The notes under the pieces are model-generated. The model saw only the letters and a list, made by a program, of their open reading frames with translations, was not told the DNA's origin and did no database searches. A DNA stretch of 64,000 bases from Camelus ferus (Eukaryota): contig NC_045696.1 of assembly GCF_009834535.1 (NCBI RefSeq), positions 117,616,001 to 117,680,000 on the forward strand, given 5' to 3'. Positions 13,041 through 28,215 of the stretch are shown here, one piece after another. Each line of letters begins with the position of its first letter. Position 1 is the first letter of the stretch. Made by a program: the position numbers and the translations under genes.

Positions 13041-15299
13041 TGATTGCCCAATTAGAGATCCATTTAAAATCTTTCTTTGCTGGTGGGGAGTGGGTCTGAG
13101 TCTAATGAGATAATGAAATTCCATAAATGTTTGTGTTTAAATCAGCCCAACTGACTTGGTTGTCAGACTTGCCGGAGATCCAGGCGAGGGGAGAGGAGCT
13201 GTCATTTTTTAACATCTCAGTGAAGACCTAACCTGGCCTTGAATAATGAATATTGGCTGTGGTTCCTCTCAGAGAGAAATCATGCTTTTATGTTTTGGGA
13301 TTTTTGTTTAAGAGACGGGGAGGGTGTCTAGTTTTCCACCCAAGTTTTAAGGAAATTAAATAGTGTTTATAGTCCCCAGAGTTGGGCTCAAGGGACTGTT
13401 AGAGCTGCCCCCTTGGTAGGTACAAGGGTGAACATCCTTTTTTTCCCTTTTTTTTTTTGGTGGGGGGAGGTCTGAGCATCCTGTCACCATCCTTACCCAG
13501 AGAACCATTGCGTCATTTCTAAACTTTGCATGCCAACATGGCGTCCTATCTCAAAATATAACTTTAGGTCAATATTTGTTACGCAGGAAATACATTAAAA
13601 TTATCTGCAGTGTGCAATGACAGATAAAAGTTGTGTGTTGTACCTGAGCATTTAGATTATGACATTTTCTCCCTGTTGAGTTCGTTAGTGTTCATAAAAG
13701 CAAACACTGTGATTAAGGTTAATGTTTTAATTTTCTATTAAGGTTTTCTTTCACATACTGGTACCTTCCAAATAAAATATCTTTAAAATAATATAGGAGT
13801 GGGACATTTAATATGCATAGCATTATGTCCTGTTTTAAATCTGTTTCTGTTTCCTGCCATGACATTCCTTTAATAAAGCAACAATATTAACTTTTCCTTA
13901 AGATTTTAAGAGGCAAGAGAACCTGAATTTTGAGCATGTTTTAGCTTTTAATATTTGAAGCAAAACCATCCATCTACCAAAACAGATTCTCTGCCTTTTA
14001 TAGCTTAGAGCTGTAATGAAGACAATGCATCATTTTTGGAATAATTGCTTGAATTACTATTCCCTCTGAATGGCCCACTTGGGCTGATATCACTGGTAGA
14101 AAGGGAAGGTTTCTTCCCCAATTCTTAGTTATATTTTGCACATCTCAGTGACTATAGCAATCAGTTCCTCTAAATATAAAAGCCTGAATATATAATGAAA
14201 AGAGAAATGATGATTGAAATTTACCCGGAGTCCATACATGGAAAGCACGGTGTACTATTTGGAAAGACTCACCTGTTTCCCATCCTCAATCTTTCCAGTC
14301 GAGAGCATCAAACCAGCCTCCTCCTTGTAACAGCAAAGTGTTTGGCATACTGACTGCTCACTCTCAGTCCATCCACTTGCAAGATATAGCCCGGGGAGAC
14401 ATATCCAGCCTGGGTGGCTGGTTGTAAATTGCAAAATCGTGACAGTATCACCATTGTGCCAGAACTGACTCCCCACCCCTTCCTTGAGAGATTGTTTTTG
14501 GCATCTGGTGATAGCCATAACTTCTTCAAGAAACATTTGGGTCTTGGCAATACTGGGTATACCGGCTTGCAGTACAATAAATCATTTGCTTCATTCTAAG
14601 AAATATTTGCGGACATCCCTGCCGTCTAACAGGATGGTTAGAATTACGTGACACAGGATATATAAGATACTCAACACAGTGTTCAATATGCACTTTGTTA
14701 TCATTACTTATCATCATGACCCACTTTTATTATTTATTATATTGATTGCTTTTTTATATATTCATGGCTAGGTTAAAATTTAACATAAATAACATTTATG
14801 TCCTCTTTTTTTCTTTCAAACCTTTTGCCTAGAATAGTGAAAGTTAATATGTATTAGGAGAAAATACGGGTGTATTTCTTTTTTCTTAAGTTTGCCTATG
14901 GACTTTTCTTAGCCCCACCCACTCCTAATTACCATTAAGCAAATAGTGTTCTTCTAGAAGTTACTTTAAAATAAACATTGCTTTATAAGCCTCTTTGGGG
15001 TGATAAGTAAGAGTGAATAATAGTTTGACCCCAAAACTAGTCACATAGAATTTGAAAATAATTGATTTCATGCCTTCAACCTAAACTGCCTTCTAAAATG
15101 AGACCAAAAAGTGTCATCCCACTTTTTGAAAGTTGGTGGAAAGGTGCAGAAGAGGGAAGTCAAAAGACAGACAGTGGGGTTCCAGCCTGGAATGTTCTGG
15201 GTTTAGTTGGATCTGTGGTGTGCCCCGTGTGCCGGCTGTCTCCTTGCAGGGAATGATGGGAGATCTTTATCAAAGCGGGTCACCATTGGCTTAACATGA

Positions 15300-15863
<564 letters not shown>

Positions 15864-16169
15864 TGATTCTCTACTCACATTTTCTCCTTCTCTCCCTGTG
15901 ATTGTGTTGTCTTTTCCTGGGAGAGGTGCCTAAATTTGATCACTCCTTTCCCTATCAGAAACGGGGGCTCCTCTCCCAAGAGAGAGCTGTGGATAGACGG
16001 CTTCTGATTCAGGAACCTTGAAAGAATAAATATCGAAAATACTCTAAACTGACACTTTTACATAATGGAATCATGGACTGTTGGTAGTAGCGGACTGAAC
16101 AGTTGCATGACTTCATCGAGGCCATTGGTAGGACCCCAGGCTCTAGCCTGCTCTCTGTCTTTCTGAGAC

Positions 16170-16340
16170 CAGGGATCCGAAGACCTCTTCTGTAGCAGGC
16201 CAGACAGTAAATATTTTAGGCTTTGCGGACCATAGCAGCCAGAGACAGAAATGAATGGAGGTGAATTTGGTGTTTTAGTCCAACTATTTACCACAGGCCC
16301 TGGGGTAGGTTTAACCTTGGAGGCCTTAGCTGGAGACATG
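16170..16340. mobile_element. MER58A-like hAT-Charlie DNA transposon
   Basis: CAGGGAT...TTCTGTAGCAGGCCAGACAGTAAATATTTTAGGCTTTGCGGACCATAG is the diagnostic MER58 5' segment. Confidence 0.75.
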
Positions 16341-18529
16341 TCACTGAGATCTGCATAAATCCCCTGTGTTCCCACCTTTGTCCTCCAGGGCAAATTCCTG
16401 TGAAGATATGATCAGCATGGGTGCTGTTTAGCAGAATGTGGAGAAAGGGTGATACCCATGGGAAGGCCTCTGATAAAGATAGTTGAAAAGCCCGAAATGA
16501 ATTCATTCTATTAAACTGTGAATGAGAGGATTTTTTTAAACCTTTTTTGGAAACTGGTATGATATATATGGTGTTTATCTGGGGCCTAGGCACACACGCA
16601 CACCAAAAAAAAAAAAAAAAAAAAAACCAGCAGAACATGTAACTTTGATTAGAATGAGGACATGATGTCCTTTTAACTTTCTTGTTTTGCCGCTCTTCTT
16701 TCTTTTGTCAATTTTTTTTTTTTGGCCTGACTCATACTTTCCCTTCATATTTAAGTTATTTTGTTTATTACGTGATTATAAGAATAAAATCCCGGTACAA
16801 AAATATCTAGTATTAATTCCTTGCTGGCAGAGTTTCCAGACCTAGGAGAGTCCCAGCTGTGACTTATTTTTGGCTTGCCTTACTGGATTGAAAGTTAGGA
16901 GGCCTTACAAAGCCTTTAACTCAGTGTTTGTGTTCCGTTTCTTTCACTGTTTTTTTGTGCATCATTTGTCTGATTTTAACAGGGCGGTTGCAGTGTTAGG
17001 TCTCATGTTAAAATTGTATGGTTTTACCTAGTTGTATATTTTTACAAGCTAAAAATGTCTTTATTAATTTGCTGGTAAATTTAATATGACAGCTCCATTC
17101 GGTTGGGGGTGGGTCATTATTTTTAAAAAACGAACCAATGAATGTATCAAGTCAACCTTCTAGAGGCTTCTGTTTCTGGGGCATTCTTTATTTTCGTAAA
17201 TAGCAGTAACGACCAGTAGTGCAAAAAAACAGACAGGCCTCTGCATAAAAGTTCAATGAGATGCTTGTTGAGTTGGATTGAAAGCCCACGAAGACAGCAT
17301 TGACTTGGACACAAATGACTTACCGATAAGCACTTTGGAAATTGAGCAAATTGTTCTTTGTTAAAGCACCAAGGAGGGCATGTTTTATATGGTGAAGAGG
17401 GTCCAGCTGAAGGAGAAAAGGGTGAGGTCAGCCCCCATCAGTGCATTCTGTCTTCTCTGGGGCTGTAAGGTCCAGACTTTCCCCAGGAAAGTGACCATTT
17501 GTTCTCCTTGGGTTAGCACATGGACGGAGTCCACAGATACCAATAGGATTTGTTACTGGAAAAAAAGCCAGAGCTCTCTGTCTTTTTGTACCATATTAAT
17601 CTCTCCAAAAAGATAGTCATCTCTGTGGTTAACATCGAAAATGGTGACTTCATGTTCTTTTTGAGGGTGAGAGGAGAATGAAGTCCTGCTTGTTACTGGT
17701 CTCTTTATTAGAAAGAGTCGTTACCGAAAAATTACTGGGATCCCCGGGTGACAGAGGGGTCTGATTTTACACCTTCCTATTGGTAATCGGTACTCCTCAG
17801 TTAAAGCGGTTATTGGACCGTATCTGAGGCTGTTTGATTTCAATGAGAGTCAATTTCTATGTATATTTAAGTGTTCACTTTTGGGGAATTTGCTTTGGGA
17901 CATGCAAGCCATGCGTGTCTTTCCGGTGGTCACACTTAAACACCGCGCACGCGCACACGCACACGCACAGCTGCATTTATCTTAATGATTACACATTCAT
18001 ATGAATGCATGTAGTGTGTTTATTTCAAAGTGTATGCATTTCAATAAAAGCAGGTGCAGCGCGAGAGTGTATGGTGTGAGTGTGGAGGACGAAAATACGC
18101 ATGCTAATGCATATGTATAGAGCGGGAGCTCTGCGGAGTTATACTGCACATCACACATTTGTGTGCACTTACTACAATGTGCAATTCCAGCTCCAAGTTT
18201 AAAAAAAAATGTAAAATATGTACATACAAATGCAGAATTCTGTGATATGATCGGATAAAGACGTTGGGACCCTATAAACAGAGTATCAAAACATTCATAT
18301 AACAGATAATGCTGGTGTGAGTTGAGAATATTTTAGCCATTTAGCCATTGACATTAAAATCCTGGGTTTCATGTTTTAACTCTTAATTAGAGAATTTTCT
18401 CATCATCCTAATTGGGTCTCCTAAATTAAAACAAACCCCTCTCTTAAGACGTTCACTTATCACTATTAAAAAAATTAAAAAGTCTACCTTTTCTGAAAAT
18501 TTGTGATGAAATTTATATAATTACTTGGG

Positions 18530-18768
18530 TTTTTTAAAATTTTCTTTTTAATGAAGTGTAGTTGATTTACAATGTTAGTTTCAGCTGTACAGCAAAGCAA
18601 TTCAGCTATACATATACATACGTATATATACATATGTTTTCAAATTCTTTTCCATTATAGGCCATTACAAGAAATTGAATATAGTTCCCCATGCTATACA
18701 GTAGGTCCTTGTTGTTTATCTGTTTTATATACAATAGTGTCTGTCTGTTAATCCTGAACTCCTAGTAG
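18530..18768 (-). mobile_element. 5'-truncated L1 3' end (artiodactyl type) with TSD
   Basis: T-rich tail then GAAGTGTAGTTGATTTACAATGTTAGTTTCAGCTGTACAGCAAAG...GAATATAGTTCCCCATGCTATACAGTAGGTCCTTGTTGTTTATC. Flanking AATTACTTG repeats at 18519-18527 and 18769-18777. Confidence 0.85.
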
Positions 18769-20533
18769 AATTACTTGTTTTAAGGACTCTTTCCCTTTCT
18801 AAATTGATGGGTATATGTTCTTTAATTGCTACTGAAGGTACCAGCTTTTAGCATATGTCATTCATTCAGTTATGCCTACTTGATGTCTTTTTAATGGAAA
18901 CCTATGGCTCACATTAATTGCCGAAGCCTCTAGATTTATACTTTTCAGTTCACTTCTCTGTATTATTGCTATTTAAAGGTTGTGATAGAAGAAACTATAT
19001 TCTTTAGTGCTTTTTTTTTTTTTTTTTAATAAAACCCAGAGTTTAACTCTGATCCCATTCTCTGCCTTTTTCCCTTTTTTTCCTCCCCCCCTCCTGGTCT
19101 TTGGCACACTTCATTTTCCAGTAAAATAAAGAATGAAGATGGATTATTCAAAACTGATAACAGTAATGGACCATCATGTAATGTTTTATTGAATTTGAGT
19201 TCTGTAAATTATGTGGTGGAGAGAAATTTGCCTGCTTAAGTATAACAGAAATCGCTCCTGTGTCCCTATAATTCTTCACAGTGTAATTTAAGAAAAGTCT
19301 ACTATCCATATCACTATTGAATAAAAGGTAAAAAGGTGCTATTACCCCGACGTGACAGCTCTCGTTTGGCCTCGCAAACGACAGAGATAAATGTGTCTGC
19401 TTATAACTTATTTGGCCTGAGTCCAAGGTAGTGGGTGGAGTTTGAAAGTAGCCTTCCACCTGGACATGTGATTGGAAATTCACCCAACAACAGAGGCAGG
19501 TAGTCTTGAAGAATATTAATATTCTCCATGTTTTATTTTTAGGGGGAGGTTTTATCAAATCGTATTTTCCTGTGGAGGGCTTTGAAGTGCCACGAAGCTG
19601 ATAAAATCTATTTGAATCAGTGATGATGTTCAAAGAGGAGACAAACTAGAGGCCAAACTGGCTTTTTTGTTCAGATTGGCAGTCTCTTTCACTTATCTGC
19701 CGTTTTAAAGAATTCGTAATTAGCTTTTGGAAGTGCTGATAATACTTACTGAAGGTTTTTTCTTTCTATTACAATTACTAATGAATTTTACTTGTAAACT
19801 CTTTCTGGAATGTAAAAAGAAAAAAAAAAGTTTAGGAATTCACCTGCAAGTTCACTCTTTAACTGGAAAAATTAGAATGCTCACAATCACTGTGTAACGA
19901 CCGTGCAGACTGATTTTATGTTTTCAAGGGGTCAGAGCAAATACTGAATGATTTGAAGATGTGACGCACAACAAAAAGCAGCTTCTCATTCCCCAAAAAA
20001 TCAATGTCCGTGAGGTGCTGGTAACTTTACATAACGGACCAATTCTCAAGTTCTTTGCAGAAACAAGAAGGACTAATGATTTTGCTCCATTTCATTCAGC
20101 AACTGTGTTATGTCCCTGTGGTGCACAGTAGTGATTCATTTTAGTCCTAGTGTGTCCGCCATAGCCAAGTATGGTACTTGACAAGCTTGATGTATTATCT
20201 TTTATCATGAAGAAGAGTTTTTGGTAAGACATCCCTCTTACTATGCACCATGGGGGATTACTACACATGACCTTGACCTAACTTGGCAAGTCCTAACTGT
20301 ATTTTCAACCATGTGGAAATGCGAGACAAGAGCCATGGGCATCTTGAATCCATAAATGTGGCTACTCAAGTAACAGCAACCAGAATAGGACCAAAACATG
20401 CATTTCTGCATCCAGATTCTAATGGCAGTCATTTTGCATCCAGAATTTTCTCAGGTGATCACTTTTTTTTTTTTTTTGTAAGTAATTAACACTTTCTAAT
20501 CAGGACATTTTCTAATAATATTTTCAAGCATTT

Positions 20534-20547
20534 CCACCAGGGGGCAC
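20534..20547 (+). promoter_or_regulatory. Candidate CTCF binding site
   Basis: CCACCAGGGGGCAC is a near-perfect match to the CTCF core consensus CCACCAGGGGGCGC. Confidence 0.6.
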
Positions 20548-23004
20548 TCCCCTCATTGAAAGCCTGGGCCAAGGGAAAAAAAAAAAGAAAGAAAGAAAAA
20601 GAAAAACCCCAAAGGTTTGTAAAACACCTGAGACTGTCTACACCGGCTGCCTGAGTGTTCCAGGGTTTGAAATATCACTCCAGACTTTCAACATATTCCA
20701 GGCAGAAAAAAAAAAAACTGCACTTGCTTTAGTTAGAATAATTAAGTGGAAATAAAATGTTTTGCCCTGAAAACATTTTATATGCTCAAATGGGAAGTCA
20801 TGCCAACATCAAAATATGGGGAGAGAAATTTCTAAATCCTCCCCCCAGGTGGCCTGCTGTCTTTTCCTTTAAGCCATACAGGAATGACTCATGTTAGCAA
20901 GACTTGACGTTATTGTGTATTTTTTCACATGCTGGCTTTCTCACTGTAGTTCCCTGCTGTCTCGGAAACATTCCTAACAGAAAGATGATATTTTGTTATT
21001 GGAGATTTCTGAATGCCTAACTTCAAATTTCCCAAATATGATAACATCCTAAGTGTTTACAGGATCTCTTTTGACTTGAAGTATTTTTTTTTCAATTATG
21101 GAACAATTTAGTCTGGATAAACAAACATCGTAGAGAGTGCCACATAACTTCTCACTGAAGGCTCACCTTGAGCAAATTAATAATTACCAATAGACTTTTC
21201 CCAGGGGTAGCATATCTCGTCCTTAGGTTTGTCACCCATTTGTAATTTTCTCCTTCTATGGTCTGAATATATGTAATCCATTTAGTAAATATTTATCAAA
21301 CACCTATGTGGCAGGCATCTTGCTGGGATGACGGATCATTCTACCCAAGGAATTTATAACATTGTATTTAGGTGTACCGGATGTTTCTACATCTTTCTGT
21401 ATAATTAAGATATATTGCTTTGCCAAGTCCATCTTTTAATACCTTTTAAACTTTTTATCCCCATTTAGTGGGGAAGAGTGGAGAGCAAGGGTTATTTTTT
21501 CCCACCTGTTTTCCAACATTGTTTTGGAGACCTGGGTTTTTCGGTTCCAACGTGATGCTTTGAAAACACAGTCTGATTCGCTGGCCTTGTGTGAATTAAA
21601 TAGCTGGATGATTGACTGCCTTTTAGTTTGACTGAATTTTAGTTAAATTGACTGGATGTTGTGCTCTTGTGTAAACATGGTTGCAGTGGTACTTGTCAGT
21701 GTTATGAATGGAAGGACATGTACCCTTCATCCTTCAATAGCGTTTCTTAGGGTGAAACCAAAGGTTTGGGTCTCATTTGCATAGACACAAGTGATAGACT
21801 AAAGTGTACGCTTAAGCCCCCTGAGCCTATTGGAAGTTCTTTTTTAATAGCAGCCCATAGACCATTTTTAAAGTGGATAGTGCTTTTATATTGTCTATAC
21901 CCAACTGTTCTATTGGGGCAGTAGGATACACTCTCCCAGAGGAATTGGGGATGAAACCAGGTTGGCAACTTCTAGAAAACCATTGAAAAACCGCAATGGT
22001 ATAACCTGGGGCTCGATTATTTTGTCAGAACACTTAACCTCCTTTCCCCAAATGTATCGTGTCACCATTTCTGCAGGGTTATGAGAAAGTGAAATTTGCA
22101 GATTATTTGGAGATCTTGACATTTTATTCTGAGCTCTTGTGTGACGAGCTGAAATGTGGGAAGCAGACATGGCTTGGCATGCCAGGCATCGCTTCATGTG
22201 CGGCTGGAAGAGGTCAGGGCTGCTCAGCTCTAATCAAATGGAGAGAAAATGTTTCTAATCCCTGTATTTCATATAATCCCGTATATAATCCCTTAAACAA
22301 AAATGTGGAAAACCGCCCTTTTTTTTTTTTTAAAGCATTTCTCCAAAAATTAAAGTAGTTGACATTGACAATACTCTGTTATTTGGGGAGGAACACCATA
22401 AAGGAGTTTACTCACGGTTTGTGAATTTCTTTATCACTAATAAAAATGTGTATTTCTCGAGAAATCTGATTATTACGTAATTTGACATTCTTTTCCTAGC
22501 ATACTAAGATGGATTTTTGCAATGTGGCAAAGGGGTTGTGTATTTCAAATTGAAAGGCTGGCTTCTTAAGTTCAAAATTTCAAGCCTGTCACCCAGAGGT
22601 ATCCTGGATAGGAAGATGGTATTTAGAATCATTAGGGTAGTCAGTATAGTTTCCTTAAGCAGTAAATAGAATCTCCTGTCCTCAACTCATTTGAAAACCA
22701 TATCAATCAAATGACTGAAAAATCATTTGAAAACCAAGGAATAACTTAAAATATTGCCCATGAAAGCGTCGCGTAAATCTTAGACGATGCCCTAGTAATA
22801 TTCTCTTTCCTAATACGTTGCAATCCATTTTCTAGTATTTCCTTTATAAATCCTGCTTCTCTAGAAATGGCTGGATATCTTTACATATGGGGCTGTTGGC
22901 ATTCTACTGGCTTTGTCTGGGCAGCTTGCAGACTATACAGTTCAGCGCTGTTGTAGTAGGAGCATTTCATTTATTCCTAACTTCCCTCAGTCCTCTCTCC
23001 GTGA

Positions 23005-23580
<576 letters not shown>

Positions 23581-23791
23581 TAGAAAGATAGATGGATAGG
23601 GGTTTACCAAAAAAAAAAAGAAAAAAAAAAGTAGCTCATAGACTGCTTGAGGACATTTGGGTCGCAAATTACTCATTCTGGTATAAAAAAAACTACTGAT
23701 TTAGATAGAGGGGGAAAAATTGCTTTGTGTTGCTTATTTTGGGGGTTCTTTGGGGTTGAAAAGTCATCTTTACATGAGATATTTGTCTCTC

Positions 23792-23917
23792 TTTTTTTTT
23801 TTTTTTTTTTGAAGTATAGTTGGCTTACAATGTTGTGTTAGTTTCTGGTGTACAGCATAGTGATTCAGCTATATACATACATGTATTCCTTTTCATATTC
23901 TTTTTCATTATAGGCTA
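23792..23917 (-). mobile_element. Short L1 3'-end fragment
   Basis: poly(T) then GAAGTATAGTTGGCTTACAATGTTGTGTTAGTTTCTGGTGTACAGCATAGTGATTCAG...TTCATTATAGGCTA; homologous to the 18.6-kb element. Confidence 0.85.
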
Positions 23918-26900
23918 TCTCCTACATAAGAAAAGAAAGTGTTAAGTAAAGAAGTATTTTCAACTCAATAGGGAAAAAAATGTAATGAAGTCAGTTTTAT
24001 CCCTCCGAGTTTTAGATCCACCATTTGAATAGTAAATAAATAAAAATAAATAATTCCATTTGTATTTACCCTTTCCGATAAGAACTGCAGCTGGTCCCAA
24101 TTACATACCATCTCGTTTGTAATCTTTCATAATTAAGTTTAATACAATCCTTGAAGGCAGCTTTAAATGGGGCTGATAAGGAATTCCATCTGTATTCCCA
24201 GAAATGGGCACATTTTCTATTTTCCAAATTTTTGCACTTTTTAGAAAGGGCAAAAGTCACCTTCCAGGTAATTTTGTGTGTACGCATCTGTATTGTTTTT
24301 TTTTTAATCAAGTTTAAAAGGTAGCCTCAAAGAATTCAAAAGAAGTTAATTTTCAGTACAGCTATCAGATAAAAGATTGACAGTGGTTTAGCCTTGAAAT
24401 CCATAAGCAGATTTATTTCTTGCACCATTTAATTTGTGGCATGTGCAACTCTTAAAAGTAAGGTCAGCAAAAACTGGATGAAAAGTGAATATGGAATACA
24501 AATTTTAAGTATTTATGTAACATAATGTCATAATGAAATTATATCCTAATGTTAATTTCATCAGTAGTTAAAAAAATAACCATCCATTTCCAAGTATAGA
24601 AAGAGAGGAAACGCTCATTCAACACTAAAAATGAAACTGCCACAGATACTCATTTTAAATAAGGAATTGGCATAACATACAGCCACTTGTTGAGGGTCTT
24701 AAACTGCATAGTGTACTGTCCTGAAATGATTATTTTTTAGAAACATCACAAAAGTCCACTTTCTCCATTTTATTCAGTGAAAATCAATTTGGTCTTGGTG
24801 TCTATCAGAGCAAACTGTCAGGCAGTCATGGCTGTAACTGTGAGAAAGTCACGTTTCTCCAGCAGAAAAAAATGGCGTCTGTATCCATGCATACACACCC
24901 ACCTGCCCACATTCACATGCTCATTGAATTTGATTTGTCAAGCCTTGGATGAAATAGTTCTTACAAAAAAGAGGGAGGAGCTCTTTACTTACATATATGA
25001 CTTTTGTGAGAGTGATGAAACAGAAGGTAAGGTGCTTTGGACTTGATCTGACGCTTAGACCACTTAGTTGTGGCGTTTAGAGTTCACGGCATCCTTAGTT
25101 CATTTTGCTGCTACAGTCCTCACTGGAAGCCCTCTAGGCAGAATCCTTTTACTTATCACTTAGTCTGCAATACTAACAAAAGAATGGCTTGGTTAAGACC
25201 AGTATGAATTTAAGCATTGAGCTCTTTTTTTTTTAAGTCTATCCAAATATTTGACTTAGTATAGTAGTTTCTTAATATAGTTTTTGTTTTCTAATTTTTC
25301 TAGGACTTTAATGTTTTTATTTGTTTTCCGCATGTGATTCTGCTGTCTTTACCCATCAGGTTTTTTTTCTTTAGCCAAAGTTACATTAATTCTTAATTCA
25401 TATTTATTTTTGTATACTATTAAGATATTCTTGGGTTGCTTTCTTATGTGTATGTCTAAAGACTATATGCTGACACGTTGGGATAGAAAATAGAATTTAT
25501 TTTAGCCTGAATTACTGATTAACTGGTTGAGCCACCTTCAGCTGTGTATGTGTGTTCTCAAGCAGAGTTGAGACCACACCTTTGGTTGGGGTGGTTATTT
25601 AATCATTGATGGACGTATTAAGTCCATAGATAGTGTCGCTTCTTACTGAAGCTCTTTCGAAGGAAAAAAATTTCCATTAACACAGTATTCTTGGCCATCT
25701 AACCAAATTCTGAAATGATCATCTGATAGGTGTGAATAATTTTATTTCACCGCCGTCATTTAAATCTTCAGGGTGTCTTGTGCGCCCTCATTGAGAATCC
25801 CCTTCCGTGACTTAACATCACCCTCACAGAGTTTGTTCACCTTTTACCCTTTGACACTGACTCAGTGAATAGAGTTTTAGGAAATTTTTAAGGTATGAGA
25901 CGTATTATCAATGTAAGACGAGTACTTGGGATTTGGAAAAATGAGTTAGAGAGCAGCTGAGCCAGCACCATTTTGCAGCAGTCGAAGTAAAATGCTTAGG
26001 CTGGAACCAGTGTATCACAGGTAAGGTTTAACACGCTAATTTACTAATGACTGGAGTGAAAGGGGGAAAAGGGTGAGACTGCAGTTACAGAAACAGACTG
26101 CAAAGTTTTGTCTTTCTTAATTTTATCTTTGGCCAGAGAGGAGTCTCTGTGACATCACTGTGCATTTCGTCCCCCTCCCCCACCTAATTTAGATAGAACA
26201 TATTTTGAGCCAGATCTTTGGCTTGGGTTGGATCCAAACTGAATTGTTGAAGGCAGAGGTCCTTGGTGGCTCACAGAGGCCCCAGGCCACATCTAGATCT
26301 GAGAAATTGGATTCTCTTCCCTGGAGAGTTTAGGTCACATGGAAGATGTTTGGGGTGACCCTGGGTCATACTAGACAGAGGATCTAACTATTAAGGAACG
26401 CAGATTCTAAATCATCTTCAAGAAGGGGCTTCCTTCAGGCCCCAGGTTTTATTCTTAGTAATACCACCCCCCCAGGGAAAACCTAGATGAGCCTCGGGAC
26501 GCCTCGGTGAGCTGTTCCCTGTCCGCACCTGTCCCTCACAGCTCCGTAGAGGTAGCCATGCCGGGAGCTTTGTCTCCTGGCTGGGGCAGTGGGCTCCAGG
26601 CCAGACCTGTTTGTCCAAAGCGTATTTTCCCAACTTATGTGCTCTTAATTCAAGAAATACGAATACCTTGCCCTTACGATAGTTCACACTTCTAAGCACC
26701 ATCATGTACATGAATTCATTGAGTCCTCATGCCAACCAAGTCCAAGATTTAGTCAGTTTTTAAACCTGCCATTAAGTCTGTTGCCCACTTCAAGCTGCCT
26801 CCTCGAAACAGACATTTTAGAAAGGAGAAAGTGAAACTGGGGGACTCTCTCTGTTTGTCATGGAGGATGAGCAGTTTTACTGTTAGGTTAGGAAGAGGAA

Positions 26901-28044
26901 TGTGTAGAGAACACTCTCCTGATAGACTGCATCACGTATGTGGCAGATGACCCACTTTGGAAGACTTTGAGTGATTGGGCATTTCTTCCAAACGTCACTA
27001 GTATGGACCCAACCCCTCCAAACGTCCCTGGTCTTAAAGGTTTCTTTTCTGACTGTGCTTAGCAAATTTTCCAGATGAGTTTACGAGATTGATTTGATTA
27101 ATATTAATTAATTACTGTTTTCTGGGATTAGTCTATTCCAGATCAGTTTTAAGTTGGTTGCTGTGTAGGTGTGTACTTGTTATGGTTTTTAATTTGTGTG
27201 TTTTAATACGTGTTGACTTTTGGAGTTAAATTAGCAATTTCTGTCTTCATAAGGACTGTTTGACAGCCTGTAATCATCGGGTTATAACTTTTACGTGAAT
27301 TATATCATTACTTTTGCCTTTATATTTTTTACATCTCATCATGTAATTCTTTGTTTTTCCCCCTAATGTAAGATGTGATATTTTATTACAACACTTTAGA
27401 AAATGTAGGGAGTTTATATAAGCAACATGTAATTAATTTAATCTGATAGCTGCACTTTTCTGTCCCTTTACAACAAATCCTTCAATAATATAATGAAACA
27501 TAGATTCTAGTTATGGGCAGAAACTTCATACTTGATAAGTTTTATTTGTTATGAATCCCTTGACCAGTTTTATGTTAAGATTACTTATGTGCTTATAAAA
27601 TGCTTCTCATTAATAGTCATCTTTTAAAAGCTAGAGGAATTTTGAAAGTCCAGATTTGGAAAGAAATGAATATTGTTTCTACAAAAGGAAGAAAAGCATT
27701 AAAAGATATCATCCTGATACTCAAAACAGTGTTAATATATAAAAATTTGAAAATAGGGACTACTTTTTTATCACCAATAGGAATTCCTCAGAGTAGCACA
27801 TTTCATACACAGCATTACTAAGAACACACTTCTAGTTTGCATAACTTAACTAAATTCAGATTGGAGTCTTTAACCTAACAATAAGACCATTCGCCACTAA
27901 AAATTAGATGTTAATGGGCTAGACTTAGCAAAGGGCTGCCAAAAAGCATGTCTTAAAAAATAAGAATTTTTTCAAGTAAAGAAATCCTGTATAAAACATC
28001 ATAACCTCCGTATATTTGCAGTGGTTTTTAAGATCAGTATTGGC

Positions 28045-28215
28045 AGTAGACAGACTTAAGTTCAGTTCTCAGCCTTGCCCCATGGACAAATCCCTTAACT
28101 TCTTTGTTAGTTTTAAAATGGAGACGTTTTGCAGGTTAGAGTTCATGTATGTTAACACAGTACCCTGCTCATGATAAACAATTGATCAATGTTAGTCTCT
28201 GTTATCATTAATAAT
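28045..28215 (+). mobile_element. Degenerate MIR fragment
   Basis: AGACTTAAGTTCAGTTCTCAGC...GGACAAATCCCTTAACTTCT...TAAAATGGAG...TCAATGTTAG. Confidence 0.45.

Noticed and set aside
19148..19633. 161-aa minus-strand ORF
   Set aside because: No recognisable domain, non-ATG start and intronic composition; a length this size is expected by chance.
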